A stretch of 64,000 nt of DNA from Hemiscyllium ocellatum (Eukaryota): positions 21,204,001 to 21,268,000 of the forward strand of contig NC_083422.1 of NCBI RefSeq assembly GCF_020745735.1, written 5' to 3'. The notes under the pieces are model-generated. The model saw nothing but the letters and a program-made list of their open reading frames with translations, did not search any database and was not told where the DNA came from. Positions 63,832 through 64,000 of the stretch are shown piece after piece (position 1 is the stretch's first letter; each line of letters opens with the position of its first letter). Made by a program: the position numbers and the translations under genes.

Positions 63832-64000
63832 TGTGGGTGGCTCAGTGGTGAGCACTGCTGCCTCACAGCATTGGGGACTCACGTTTGAGTCCAAACCATG
63901 GGCGACTGTTTGTGTGGAGTTTACACATTCTCCCTGTGTCTGCGTGGGTTTCTACCGTGTGCTCCAGTTTCCTCCCACAATCCAAAGATGTGCAGGTTGG
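63832..64000 (+). mobile_element. HE1-like SINE truncated by window end
   Basis: Head GGTGGCTCAGTGGTGAGCACTGCTGCCTCACAGC and V-domain. Confidence 0.88.

Noticed and set aside
57000-64000. Possible 3' end of a neighbouring minus-strand gene (TLL2 follows DNTT in other vertebrates)
   Set aside because: I found no recognisable coding exon. The AT-rich composition alone is not evidence.

Overview
This is vertebrate genomic DNA, almost certainly from a shark or other elasmobranch, inferred from abundant HE1-type V-SINEs. It is AT-rich and dominated by transposable elements. The only host coding exon I can recognise is the terminal exon of terminal deoxynucleotidyl transferase (DNTT/TdT) at 49258-49344 (+; [28 protein letters not shown]). 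I found no other DNTT exon in the 49 kb upstream. The rest is layered mobile DNA: one young CR1 LINE with an uninterrupted endonuclease+RT ORF2 (16777-19659, -), many CR1 fragments, Penelope-like elements (PLEs) and short hammerhead-ribozyme-like PLE derivatives, a decayed Tx1-like LINE, and Rex1-like, Gypsy and Harbinger remnants, plus three SINE families. The most notable items are: (i) an unprocessed-looking, intron-bearing tRNA-Pro(AGG) pseudogene lying in tandem with an HE1 SINE inside the Tx1 element; (ii) a 511-bp near-perfect palindrome with 249-bp arms and 8 mismatches; (iii) TSD-flanked 120-190 bp mini-elements carrying hammerhead motifs, including a three-level nested insertion. All family assignments come from motif recognition by eye, not database searches. 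Boundaries of decayed repeats are approximate (tens of bp).
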